Source of the DNA: Eledone cirrhosa
Lineage: Eukaryota
DNA length: 64,000 nt
Reading direction: 5' to 3'
Assembly (NCBI GenBank): GCA_964016885.1
Contig: OZ024746.1
Location: forward strand, 25,358,001 to 25,422,000
In this document: in pieces, positions 1-13,000 of the stretch
How the letters are laid out: each line of letters starts with the position of its first letter
Numbering within the stretch: the stretch's first letter is position 1
Made by a program: the position numbers and the translations under genes
Notes under the pieces: generated by a model
The model's input: the letters and a program-made list of their open reading frames with translations, nothing else
Databases searched by the model: none
What the model was told of the DNA's origin: nothing

Positions 1-1164
1 ACTTTGCCTTTCATCATTACGGGGTCGATGAAATAAAGCACCAGTAATGCACTGGGATAATTGCTGGCCTTGTGCCAAAAGTAGAAATAATTATTAAATA
101 TACTGGTGCTTTGCAGCATAGAGTTACGTCCCTTTACATTCTGAACAAGGGCAAGATACCAATATCGCAATTGCTATTTCCTCTTCATCACCTATTCATG
201 TAGTGAAAGGAGCCAATAGTCAGATCAAACCAAGGAAATCATGTTTACAATGGTCTTTCCATTGCTGATATTATGTGTTGGTCACAAATCATGGTTGGAT
301 TTGAACTTAGAACACACAGAACCAGATCAGATAGCACAAAACATTGAGTCCGACTTTTTAACAATTCCGCCGATCCACAGCCCCTATGATTGGTACTTTA
401 TTTATCAACCCTGAACGAATGAAAATTTAAACTCAGAACACTTCATTATATATAAACTTTATATAAAAAGTGGTGGTATAGCTACATCCCTTTATGTTCT
501 GAGTTCAAATCCAACTGAGGTTAGCTTTGCTTTTCATTCTTACGATGTCAATAAAATACCAGTAACACACTGGGGTCGATTTAATCGACTTTCTCCCTAA
601 ATTGTTAGCCTTATGCCTAAATCAGAAACCTTTATATAAAAACTCTGATGAAATTACATCGATTTTACAAAAGTAAATAAATATCGATTGATTGATTAAA
701 ATAGTTACAAGTCTTCTACATTGATTAATTAATCCCTTTGATACCAAGCCACCAGAAACCATCCCTGGTTCTACAATACAGAAATGTTTGTTTTAATGTG
801 TTTATATTTATCTAAAACCCTTCCGTCATAATTTTATGTAAGAACTTTTTCTATGTTCCAAACACCATCGAGAAAGTTAGTTATATTCTTGATTATTTTC
901 AAAATGATTTGAAAATCATAGACAGTGATTTTTTATTAGAAAGTAGGCAACAAAAGTATTTATATTCATCTTAAAACCTTTCGCCATAATTTTGTCTAAA
1001 AACCTTTGAAATTGTATTCCAAACACCATCTCAGTAATGAGAAAGAACTCCCAAGAAAAGTTGATAATATATCATTATGGACACTAACAGAAAAACCACC
1101 TTTGGGGTGGTTTTCTGCTAGTATGTGTAGTGTGCATATTGATATTATACGCAAATATATATGC

Positions 1165-2890
1165 TATGTCAACTCGCCACTGCCAACAAGATGGTTGAGG
1201 AGCTTGGCCGCCGGGTTCTCCAGGTCAATAGCTCCAAATGTTAGCTCTGGATCCTCAACCACCCGGCTTCCCAACACCAACAGCTAATCGACCTGTTTGC
1301 AGAGCCCTTCCCTTCCATCGCGGTCCCTCCCCCGTCGGCTTGGTGCTCCTTACAAGGCCCAATCACAGACCTTGCCTTCGAGTCAATCTTCCAATCGAAG
1401 ATGGTTAGCCTTGAGCAGCTGCTGAAGAATATTGAGGTTATCGAACCCCATCAAGGTTTCTTCATACTCAGGAACTACCTATCTATTCCTAAGCTTCTGT
1501 ATCTGCTCAGGGTCAGCCCCTCTCACAGATTTCCGTCCTGCCTCCAACGCTTCGACGACCTAATCTTCGAGAGACTCGAGTGCCTGGTCAATGTTAGACT
1601 CTCTCCAGAGTCCCGCGATCAGGCTGCGTTGCCCAAGCGATTTGGTCTTCGTAAGTGTTCGTTCCTCTCTCTCCCCTGCTTCCTTTCCTCCACCTACGCT
1701 TGATCCACCCTGGTGAGCAGCATCCTCTCCTCTCCAACATGGACTAGTTCCAACAGGGAGTTGGGTGAAGCTCTCCAGCAATGGAGTGAGATGGGCTTGT
1801 CTCTTCCTGAGAAGGTGGAGGACAGTCGAAGTCAGAGAACTTGGGACAGCATAAGTTCGAAGGCCATCTTCGTCCAGTCAGATCAGTTTACAAGATGCCG
1901 CTTACTATCTGCCAGCGCCAAATAGTCAGGCGACTGGGTTGATGCCCTACCCGTGGCCAACGTCGGTGGCCTACTCAGCCTGGACGAACTTCGTGTCTCC
2001 ATCACCCCCAGAGTGGGAGCTGACGTCTGCATGGGTTTAAGGTGCCGATGCGGCAAACTCCTCGACTCCACGGTCTTTCTTGCCACCTGAATGCCGGCCG
2101 CTTCACACGTCACACGGAGCTAAACTTCATCCTCAAGAGAGCTTTGGCCCGGACGAACATCCTCTCAGTCTTGGAGCCATCTGGGTTGTCCAGAAGTGAC
2201 GGCAAAAGACCTGACAGCCTTACCCTGTGCCCCTGGTCGAGAGGCAGGTGCCTTGTCTGGGACGTCACTGTTAGTGACTCTTTTGCTCTCTCCCACATCC
2301 TGGATGCTGCGGTTAGGACGAGAGCCACAGCTTCCGCAGCCGAGTGGAGTAAGACCCTCAAATACTTTGATCTGTCTGCCAGCTACCTTTTTCAGCCTGT
2401 GGCTTTCGAGATGTTTGGGGGAGTCGGGTCGCTGACTGCGAGTTTCCTCTCTTCACTGGCGGCTCGCCTAATAGAAGTAACTGGCGAATCTCGCGAGGGC
2501 GCTTGGCTGTTCCAGCGCATTAGCCTCGCCATCACCCGAGGCAACGCTGCCAGTGTGCTGGCTTGCCTCAAAAGTCATTAGAGAGGTCGCCCAGTACCTC
2601 TCGCTGCTGTCTTTTGCTCTGGTGTTGGCTCGGTTGTTCACCCCTTCCTTTACATTTTCTTTACTGTTTTAAACTAGGATTTGTTTGTTTGTTTTTTAGT
2701 ACTGTTTGGTATTCCTTCTTAAGTTTCCACAATATTTTTCCTCTTCTTTTATTTAAACATTGCCTTTCTCCCTTCCCTAACATTTTCCTTACTTTCGTTA
2801 TTTAATGTTTTTCCCTCTTTCTTTTTCTTTTTGTTATTGCAAACATTATATAACCGAATTGAAATTTGTCGAATAAATACTCATGAATAA
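1165..2890 (+). mobile_element. 5'-truncated, decayed CRE-clade (restriction-like endonuclease) non-LTR retrotransposon
   Basis: GC-rich island with an interrupted frame. It runs from the RT end (LQVNSSKC) through IPKLLYLLR, QAALP, SGDWVDALP, a zinc knuckle (CRCG...HGLSC), RH, EPSGLSRSDGKRPD...LVWDVTV, KY, FQPVAFE and WLFQRISLAITRGNA. Stop at 2581, then a T-rich 3'UTR with AATAAA. Confidence 0.82.
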
Positions 2891-3044
2891 AATCGTAATT
2901 GAGAATATGCACAGAAATTGAAGAGAGACGGTTACAGTGTCTTCTGTAATCGGTAAAGTAATCCATGATATATTTAAAAATGACGATATTATATATAAAC
3001 GTTATATAACGATGTAAATATACGAACGTTTATATAAGCGATAT

Positions 3045-3227
3045 AATTGTTTCTACTTTTGGCACAAGGCCAGCAATTATTCAGTGCATTACTGGTACTT
3101 TATTTTACCGACCCCATAAGGATGAAAGGCAAAGTCAACCTTGGCGGGATTTGAACTCAGATCGTAAAGGGACGTAACTATGCTGGAAAGCATGGCGTCC
3201 GACCCTCTACCGATAATGCCAATCCAC
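3045..3227 (-). mobile_element. tRNA-derived SINE, dominant family of this window
   Basis: Reverse complement of the family consensus: A-box-like TGGCAGTATCGG, B-box GAGTTCAAATCC, core GCCGAGGTTAACTTTGCCTTTCATCCTTACGGGGTCGATAAAATAAAGTACCAG, tail GGCCTTGTGCCAAAAGTAGAAACAATT. Confidence 0.85.
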
Positions 3228-4203
3228 GCTATAATATAGAGTCCATTATATCATAACCAAAAGTATTAACATTTGAAAATTTTAAAAGAAGTGAATCATG
3301 AAATAAACAATAAGTGTTTTTTTAACTTTGAAAGTGCAACAAATTTTTTTTTGTATCAACATGGCTTATGAAAGTTTTTAAAATGTAAAAGTTGTAGGTC
3401 CCAATGGTTTGAATGGAAAGTCCCATAACGATTGTTCTAAAAATAAACAAACCATCATCAAAATCTCGTCAATTCGAGACTGCTGCGAGATTAGGTCCTT
3501 AACGCGAAAATTAACACTTAATATAGTGAAACAAGTTAAAACAACAAGTGTTTTTTTAACTTTGAAAGTGCAACAAAGAATAAACAAGAAACAAATTATG
3601 TAGAAACAATTATGATGATGAATGAAAGATGGGTACAAAAGACGAAAGATGAGATCAAAAATTGAAATTCTTAGTGGGTAGTAAAATAAAATATGTGTTG
3701 TACGGTTGCAACTGCACCCAGTTTTGTATATGTGAGTGTGAGTGTGTGTGTGTTGAGAGAGAAGGGGAGGGGTCATATGTGACACTTTCACTAGTGACGA
3801 ACTACTTGCTGCCACCAGCAATGCAGAGCAACCGTAGATGACTAAATACCAGGTCTTGACTGACTGTTTCCTTTTTGTGATGGTCACTGTTGAGACCCCG
3901 TATGTTCTTGGGCCCCTGATTGCCACAGATGAGAATAGATGATTAAACAGCAGTCATTGACTGTCCATTTCATTTTTGTGCATGTCACTATATTGTCTGC
4001 AGGGTGCAGCTGTAATACATCATACAATCACTATCTTGTCTACGGAGTGCAGCTGAATAATACCATCTAGCCAAGAGTGTAAAGTTTCCCCCCTCCCCAT
4101 TTCTATCTTCCTTTTATCTATATTTTCTGCTCTTTATGATACCGTAAACGTATCATAATATATTTTATTTTGGCTATGATATTTTTAGTCATATTATTTA
4201 CAA

Positions 4204-4387
4204 TGGATTGGCAGTATCGGTAGAGAGTCGGACGCCATGCTTTCCAGCATAGTTACGTCCCTTTGGGTCTGAGTTCAAATCCCGCCGAGGTTTACTTTGC
4301 CTTTCATCCTGACGGGGTCGATAAAATAAAGTACCAGTAATGCACTAGGTATTTGCTGGCATTGTGCCTAAAGTAGAAACAATTATT
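4204..4387 (+). mobile_element. tRNA-derived SINE, same family
   Basis: Full-length copy with B-box, core and tail. Partial copies also occur at about 1-145, 270-440 and 480-630. Confidence 0.85.
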
Positions 4388-4879
4388 TACAATAGCATTT
4401 CTAGTATTTTCACAAATCCAATCACCATAATAACTTCACGGCTGGATTCCATTATATTTGCCTGAATAAAGAAAATATTCCATATGTGACAAATAACACA
4501 TATGTAATGAACTTATTCACTATACAAAACCTCACAATGTCATAAAAAGCCATAGACATTATATAAAAATAATTGAGCAATATCTAATAAAAACAAAACA
4601 CATTACTAAAGGGAACAGAAAAGGAAGGAAAATGAAAAGGAGAAAAACAAAGATTAAGCAACGAAAGAAAGGGAGAGGGGAGCAACAGGCATAAAATCCA
4701 GTCTGAGCCATACCTCAACCACGCCCTGCAGACAAAACGGCAAAAATCTTACAGCGGAGATTGGCCGTATTAAACTGTTAAATGAAATGCACGAAATAGT
4801 CCCAGGTAATATAAACATAGTCTAGGTAATATAAAATCCTATTTAGAAATAACCACGTAGTGAGGCGTCATGAGGAAAC

Positions 4880-5995
4880 GTAGGGACCTTTGAGTCTACA
4901 CTTGAGTCCTGACTCGATCTCTCTGCGTGGATGTTCACCTGTTTTACGTCCGGCCAAAGATACAGAGAGTTTCTCACACACAATCAGAGCACGTCCTGCC
5001 CAAAGAGGGTGCGAAAGGCCACAGACTCTGATGTCATATCACCTCACAGGCTACTCGCTTCAGGCATGACCTCCCCTGCACTTCCAGCACCTTAGCCCGC
5101 CCCCCTGATCTCAAGGATCAATAACCCCATCAAATCACTCACTCCATGTCAAAGTCCATCATCCATCTGGGTGAATGGCGCTCCCATTTCAATCTCCGCA
5201 TAGTTGGGGCGGCGCTTTCATTCTCCTCTTTTCTGAAGTCCGTCAAATCAACAACTCTATGGACATCGAAGAAGTGACGCGGCTTCCGTCCATAAACACG
5301 TTGTTTCAGGAATTTACCGCCGTTACTGTTCCCTGTCTCCATTGAGATGTGCTTGACCCAGACTTCTTCGCCACTTGTACGAACGCATTCTCTCTCTCTT
5401 CCACTGGTTGTTGTAATAACGTGCACTGATGTCACCATTCATATCTATATAGCGCCCTACGTGGCACCAACTCCTCGGCCTGTCTCACCCGAGGACACAT
5501 GTACCAGAGCACCACCTCTATTGGTGAAATGTGTCCCCTCTCTGCCCTGGCTTTAATCGTGCAATGGTGTCTCTTCGCCTTTTCCACTCCGCCTGTACGC
5601 CACTCCTCAAGCCTCACCTTCGGCAACTCCGAGCGAAACGCCGTGCTGTTATCCATCAACTGTTCATCCACAGGGCTCCGCTCCAAGAATATCTCTTTCA
5701 GCATCCATGCGATTTCCTATGCAGTCTCTGTCTTCATCTCCCTCCATATTACCATCCGCCCAGGTCCACAATCAACCATCGAGAGATACGTCTCCTGTCG
5801 GTAGTGTCACGTCCACTGCCAATCGCTTCCAATTGTGCTCCACTTAGATGTTACCTGTCTCGTGCACACTCTTGGTAGGGTCGATAGACTGACATTTGTC
5901 ACAACTCCCGACCACTTTCTGGACACTCTGTTTAGTAACATCAGAGTTGACTTTCCTGGCTAGGAACAGGGTCCTATTCATTCCCATATGAGCTC
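4880..5995 (-). mobile_element. Decayed Ty3/Gypsy-like LTR retrotransposon pol fragment (integrase)
   Basis: Minus-strand translation gives VVGSCDKCQSIDP (zinc finger CxxC), YLSMVDCGPGR, ERSPVDEQLMDNSTAFRS, VEKAKRHHCTIK (DDE core) and GEEVWVK. It is frameshifted and the boundaries are approximate. Confidence 0.75.
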
Positions 5996-6514
5996 AGCTC
6001 CCCAAAATATCTCGAACATTACAGATTGGATAAAATAGTTTGCCTATAATTTCTGGTATTTTATAATTATATTCTGTTCTACTCCGGAAATTGTGACTTT
6101 TACCGCAGCATCTAGGATGTGTGAAGGAGCAAAAGAGTCACTGACTGTAACGTCTCAAATGAGACATCTACCTCTTACCCAGGCCAGGGACTACCGACTC
6201 AAGAATTGATGGGATATTTACCCAAGCTAGGGCCTGCCTAATAATTAGGTTCGGTTAGGTATGGCAAGCGAAGCGAACTGCATTCAGGCGGCAAGACAAA
6301 CCATGAAGACCTGTGGAATCAAGAGGCCTTTCTCAACGATATTTCCTTTTCTTTAATCGTTATCAAATATAATTTAATTTTCAACATTTTGTTTTATTAA
6401 TAGATGACTCTGGATTTACACAAAAAACTCCTGCAGCTATATAGAAAATAAATTAAGTAACGTCCCATTTATGTTGCAATATTTCCTTTTCTTTTACTAA
6501 TAATTCAGAATTAA

Positions 6515-6589
6515 AGGGTGTTCCCCCAAAATATATACACATATTTATTAGAATGCTGTTGAAGTGTGTATACATCTTTTGGGGACACC
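6515..6589. mobile_element. Tiny Tc1/pogo-like MITE relic upstream of TMX2
   Basis: GGTGTTCCCCCAAAATATATACAC ... GTGTATACATCTTTTGGGGACACC imperfect inverted repeat. Confidence 0.5.
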
Positions 6590-6886
6590 ATTAGTCGGGT
6601 ATCGTTCATCTTACTATGCACGGATATTGCTGCGTACTTAAAACGAAATAACGCTCTAAAGTAAGTACCAGTAAAAGTCTGCGTGCGATCTATTGATTAT
6701 ACTTTCGTCTTCCCCAAAGTTGTGACCTTTAAGTGTTTTAATTAAGAAATGATTATATTTTCCAAATTAACTCAGTACAGAATTACCTACCATCTGGTGT
6801 TGGTATAGTATAACAAGGTCAGATAACTCTATTTGCATTCCTGTCATTTCACCGGTTGATGGGTGAATTAACAGTTCTATCACAAA

Positions 6887-7027
6887 ATGACTGGTTATAT
6901 CGATACAGCAAAGTCTTTTTTTGTTCCTCATTATATTTTCAATGTATTATTATGTTTCACGTATTTTATCCTGAAAACTACTCAGCCCATGTGTAGTGTT
7001 TTATTCTATGATTGTAAATTAGAGCTG
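6887..7027 (+). CDS. TMX2: TMX2 exon 1 (MTGYIDTAKSFFVPHYIFNVLLCFTYFILKTTQPMCSVLFYDCKLEL)
   Basis: ATG in AAAATG context; donor CTG|GTGAGT, phase 0, matches exon 2; resembles the TMX2 N-terminus (PxY..LL..F..K..P.C). Confidence 0.85.
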
Positions 7028-10000
7028 GTGAGTATTAATTTACCTTCTCACTATCACCTTATAAAGACAATGCAATATTGTGTATGGTGCGTGTTTTTCA
7101 ATGACTGAAACGCTGAAACTAAAACAGATTTCGTTTTAGATTTATTGAGCAATCTCTGAGATGCAATTCATAATTTTGAAGAATATATTACACAGAAAGA
7201 CAAAAAATAAAAGACGTTATTAATATGAGAAAATATATGGTTATATATGTAAAACATATATGAATAGTGATTGATGTTCTTAACGAAAAGCTTAAGTAAT
7301 GTTCATATATATATGACAACGGAGTATCGTTATCTAGAAAGATGATGGAAGGGCAAGGGGGTAATGGACAATGTCAACGTTCGGACAGTAACACCACACA
7401 AGATAAAATTGAAAGGTGACACTGAAGATTTTATGCTATTAAAATATATTTTACAGTAATAGAAATGACCCTTGCATACATTTTAATATACTGCGTTGCT
7501 ATATATGAACATTACTTTCACTTTTTTTGCAACCTAAAATAAGATTTAACCCGAGATCAACATCCCAACATGTTGTAGAATATAGTATGACACACCTCCA
7601 ATAACAGCAGATGCAGATCAGATTACACTGAAGAGAAATCCTTTCTTAATCCGGTCATTAGTTACATATAAAGCTTTACATAGTTAGAACACATTCACAA
7701 ACACTACACTCAGGCTACAATCACTACATAATAATATGAACAGTACCTGATTAATGTCTATATGTAAATTCCGGATGATTTATCAAAAGAAAAGGAAATA
7801 TCGTAACATGCGTGTATATCATTTAAGTTTTCCTCATATCTGCAGGAAAGCTGTCTACCTAAATTAAAATCCCGCCATATATATATAAAGTTACTTATAA
7901 GAATTGTTTCCAATCCCTTACAAGCTAGGCTTTTATTATGGATATGATTTACCAAAGAAAGAATCAATAAAAAAAAAAAGAGACAGAAGGGAAGAAAATA
8001 AAAATGGAAAGACAACTACAAAAATACTCAATGACAAACTCTAATATTGGCGTTTCCCCGTAAAAATATATGAGGCAAGCCAAAACACGGCATCACTTGA
8101 GGTGATGATGGGTCCCTCAATTACACACTACGACAGGGAACATTAGTGAGGCAAGCCAACTAACTCACGGCATTATTTCGTGTGAGCGTGAGCACCTCAA
8201 TTACAACTGGGAATGTTGGTATTTCACTGTAAAATATTTTGAGGTAAGCGAATACACGGCCTTGCCTGAGGAAATTGTGGGTACCTCAATTACACATATA
8301 ATAAAGCTTTTCTTTGTATTGATTCTATATTTAAAGATTAATAATGACCTATTGTATTCTTGACAAACATGCAACTTGCTTCTAAATAATAGCCGACTTT
8401 TGTTTGTTTGTAATTATAACACATACTCGCGCGCGCGCACACACACAAACGCACGCACATATAAACAAACACAAGCGTACATATAAACAACGCGCGCGTA
8501 CTCGTATGGTTAATTTTATAATCGAATCTTCGATTTTTCTTTTCTTTTTCTTCTTGACACTTTGAACACTATTTGCACACTAAGTATAACGAAACATATT
8601 TGGTTTGAATTTTTAAGATAAGGAATTATCACTATTATATACACTGATACATTCAGACTAGTGTCCTCATCTTCACTGTTATAGTCACATTTCAGTTGTT
8701 GTACCTTCTAATCATTTTTAGAGGAACTATCATTATTATGGATTGGCAGTATCGGTAGAGGGTCTGACGCAGCAAAGAGTTATGGCCCTTTATGGTCTGA
8801 GTTCAAATCCCGCCGAGGTTAACTTTGCCTTTCATCCTTACGGAGTCGACAAAATAAAGTACCAGTAATACACTGAGATAATTGCTGGCCTTGTGCCAAA
8901 AGTAGAAACAATTATTATCGCTGATATATTCAAACTAGTATTGGGACAAGGGCAAAGTCAATGTAAGCATTCGTTACCAGGTTAGTATTAGGGTTAAATC
9001 TTATTTTAGTGAGGACATTGAATATATCTGTTTATAATAATGGTTTTATATTTAAACACTAGGGCAGCAATTTTGGGTGTAGGGAGGAAAAAGTAATTAT
9101 ATCGACCTCAGTACTTGACTCTTACTTTATATCATTGATCCTTAGAAGGATGAAAGGCAAAGTTAATCTAGACGGGATTTGAGCTCAGAATGAAAAGAAT
9201 TGGAGCAAATATTTTATGGCATCTTCCTCGTTGCTCTAATGATTCTGCCAATCCTCCGTTCTAAGTCCGTTTATTTGTTTATAAGTTTGTTTCTACTTTT
9301 GGCACAAGGCCAGCAATAACCCAGTACATTACTGGTACTTTACTTTATCGACCCCATAAGGATGAAACGCAAAGTTAACCTCGGCGGGATTTGAACTCAA
9401 TTCGTAAAGGGACGTAACTCTATGCTGGAAAGCATGGCGTCCGATCCTTTACTGATACTACCAATCCATAATATTTAGTTACATATTCATATATTTAAAA
9501 CTATTTATTATATCATGAATAAAAAGAGTGAATCACCAACGTTTAACGTCCATTTTCCACATGGGGTGATTTTTGACAAAATGTTTCCTTTGAAGAAAAC
9601 GAAAATATTTTGTCGGATTCTAGAATTTGTAGAATCCGACAAAATATTTTCCCATGTGGAAAATGGACGTTAAACACTGATGATTCACTATATATATATA
9701 TGAGAAATAGACATAAAAAGGATGCTGGTATATGTGAAATGGCTTGAAGACCGAGAAGACTATAATTCAGTGTAGTACTCGATGCATATTGTGCTGCAGC
9801 TTAGATATATAGGTGTACCTTATAACTACATGTGTATATCTGCCTCTAGCTATCTCCCAACATTCTTGGAGGCCCTAAAAAGGATCACAGTAAGTCCCCT
9901 TCCTCCTGATTAATTAATAAAAAAAATTTTTAAGTATCAATTAGACAAATTAAAAATAGCATTTCAATGATTTAGCAGTGCATCCTTTGTTTCAATTCAT

Positions 10001-13000
10001 GTCATGTCTTCTAAGCCATGACAACATGGAAAACCAATATATAATGATATAATCATATTGTTTTCTTTCTCACAGAAGGAATGGGAGTGGTTGACCTTCC
10101 TAGCTTGTATTATTGTCATTAAAAACAGGAGACAGAGTAAGTATACTTTATATTCGAACTGATAAATTCTTTAAACTTTTGAAATAATATTCCTGTTAAC
10201 TCTTAATATTCTGTAATGGTTTAGCAGAAAATAGGTTTGTTAATTCAAATATTTATAGTATCTTTACTAGTGGACAGATCTTTGTGAAAATTTACAGTAT
10301 CTTTTAACATACTGTAATAATTTAGCAGAAAATATCTGAAAACAGGTATGGCTATTCAAATGTTTATAGTGTCTTTACTAGTGGATAGATTGTTGTGAAA
10401 ATTTGCAGTATTATCTCTTAACATCATATAATGATTTATTGCCCATTTTATGTCTATATCTATTTTATTTTATTTTTTGTTTTTATTTTTTAGCCAATTT
10501 TCTCAGCTATATTTCTACAGCATGTATGTTTGGTAAAGCTCTCAACTTCCTTCTCTTCCTGAAGCAAGGCCCTATATATGGCTTATGTTTTGCTATTCCT
10601 TGTTTGTGTAAGTATTTCATATTTCTCTTGAACAATGCATATATATATCTGTATAAATACAGAGTGTGTAACTAAGACTCAACCATATATATCATCATCA
10701 TCGTTTAACGTCCATCTTCCACGCTAGCATGGGTTATACGGGAATTGTCTTACTTGAGGCAAGATTGATCGGGTGACCGTGTCTTGCTCTCTCTCTATAT
10801 ATATACACAGATTTGAGCAAGACACAGCCACCTGACCTGCATGTCTAGCATCAGCTTGACAGTCTAACTAATCCATACAAGCATGGAAAATAGATATAAC
10901 ACAGTAATGCTGATATATATATATATATATACTCTTTATTGGTTTCAGTTATTGAATTATGGCCATGCTGGGGCACCACTTTGAAGATATTTAGATCATA
11001 TCAGTCCCAGTACTTTTTTTCAAGTCTGGTGCTATGTGTATGTGCATGTCTGATTGTTTATGCCACATAACTTAGCAATTTGACAAAAAAGAGATTGATG
11101 AAATAAGTACCAGACTTGAAAAAAATAAGTACTGGTGCCTTATGACTGAAAGCAGTAAAAGAATACTGTAAATGTCTATTGAAGTAATACCTATATGTTG
11201 TTTGATATCTATTGAAGTAATACCTATATGTTGTTTGATATCTATTGAAGTAATACCTATATGTTGTTTGATATCTATTGAAGTAATACCTATAAGCTGT
11301 TTGATATCTATTGAAGTAATACCTATAAGCTGTTTGATATCTATTGAAGTAATACCTATAAGTTGTTTGATAACATTAATAATGTGTTTTTTTTTATTTT
11401 GGTCCGAGATCTGATCTGATCTGTTTCTCTGTTTTTCAGTACATCTGATATTTTGTCCAGAACCAGCTTATTCTGGACCAGAGAATCTCACTTACTTCCG
11501 TGGCTCACATTTACCAGTAAGTTCAACAAATGTTTTAATGTCATTTTCTCTGCTAAAGCAAGAGTTAACCTTGTGGAACCCCATCACAAGCTTTACCCTT
11601 TTTCCCTATCATTTTTAGTCCCCCCTTATCAGCTTTCATCTCCTCTTCCATCATTTTTAGCCATGTCATTCTTGGTTTTCCTCTTCTACTTCCTTCCACA
11701 TTCATTTCTACCACTCCTCACACCCAGTGACTTTTATTCTTCCTCAACACATGACCCAAACATCTCATTCTATTCTTCTCGCAACATTCTCTGGCTCTAT
11801 TTCTCTCATCCAGCCATAGTTGTGTAAGCCTTTTATTCTTTTGCTGGTTCTAATCTGCAGCCATGCTGGTGTATTGCCTTGAAGAGATTCAATTGATTAT
11901 ATTAACCCCCATTACCTATTTTTTCAAGTCTGGTATTTATTTTATTGAGCTCTATTTGCTAGGTTACAGGACATAAGCATAAGCATAGAAACAAGCACAC
12001 ACATGATACACTTCCACACAGTTTCTCTACCAAATTTCACTCACATGGCTTTATTAAACCTGAGGCTATAGTAAAAGACACTTGCCCAAGATGTCACTCT
12101 GTGAGACTTAACCTAAAACTATGTGGTTACAAAGTGAACTCCTTAATCACAAAACCAAACATGCACCTGTATATTTAGTTATAATTTTAGCGAAGATTTA
12201 TTTTAAAATACGTTTCTTTAATGTTTTCTGTATTTTGTTTGATTCTCCAGGATGAAATTGAGCGAGATAAAAGAATCACTTGGGTCATTGCTTTCTATGC
12301 TGCATGGTCACCAGCTTGTATCAGCTTTGCCCCAATATTTGCTGAAGTTTCCTCTGAGTAAGTGATTAAATTTAATTGAAATAAATACTAATTGATATTG
12401 TTGTATTGTGAGAAGTTCATCTGATCAATTAAACACACACTCTCTAGTTTGTAGTCCACTTCTTTATGGTTAACTAACTTCTAAATGAGATGCCACATGG
12501 AACACATAAGCAACAAAAGCATTTGCACTGCAATCAAGCAACATGTGGGCAACTTTAAAACCTGTTAAATACTGTAGAGAAAATAAAAATGTAATGATAT
12601 AGTCATGTAACAAGATCTGATGGATTGACCAAGATCATCCTTGAAGGATCAGTTCAGGGAAAGGATGTCCAAAGAAAAAAAAATGGATAGATAATATGAA
12701 GGAATGGACTGATAAAGACTTCTCAACAACCCAAGTCATGGCTTGTGGGAGAGGTAAATGGAGGGAGGTGGCATATTGCTTCATCCAACAGTGCCCCCAT
12801 AACCATGGAGTGTCAGGAAAAGTGAACTTCTTAACCAGGTAGTCAAAGTTTTTGTCATACTCCTGTGATTTTATCAATCCTCCATTGAATTTCCAACTTC
12901 TTAAAATTATTAAATATTATATCATGTTTTAGGGATTATTACATACTAGCAGTGGTACCCGGCGTTGCACGGGATAAGGTATTTTGGAATGTGGGCCACC

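Noticed and set aside
4204-4290. tRNA genes at the GAGTTCAAATCC B-box motifs
   Set aside because: Each continues into the SINE core and tail and does not form a complete cloverleaf; these are SINE heads.
8071-8294. Repeat-spacer pattern as a CRISPR-like array
   Set aside because: Only three degenerate units with internal variation; kept instead as a possible structured motif.
11172-11414. 33-bp repeat array as a CRISPR, or as a repeat-protein ORF (SIEVIPICCLI)n
   Set aside because: There are no unique spacers and no cas genes, and it lies in a eukaryotic intron. The ORF is open only because the unit length is a multiple of three.
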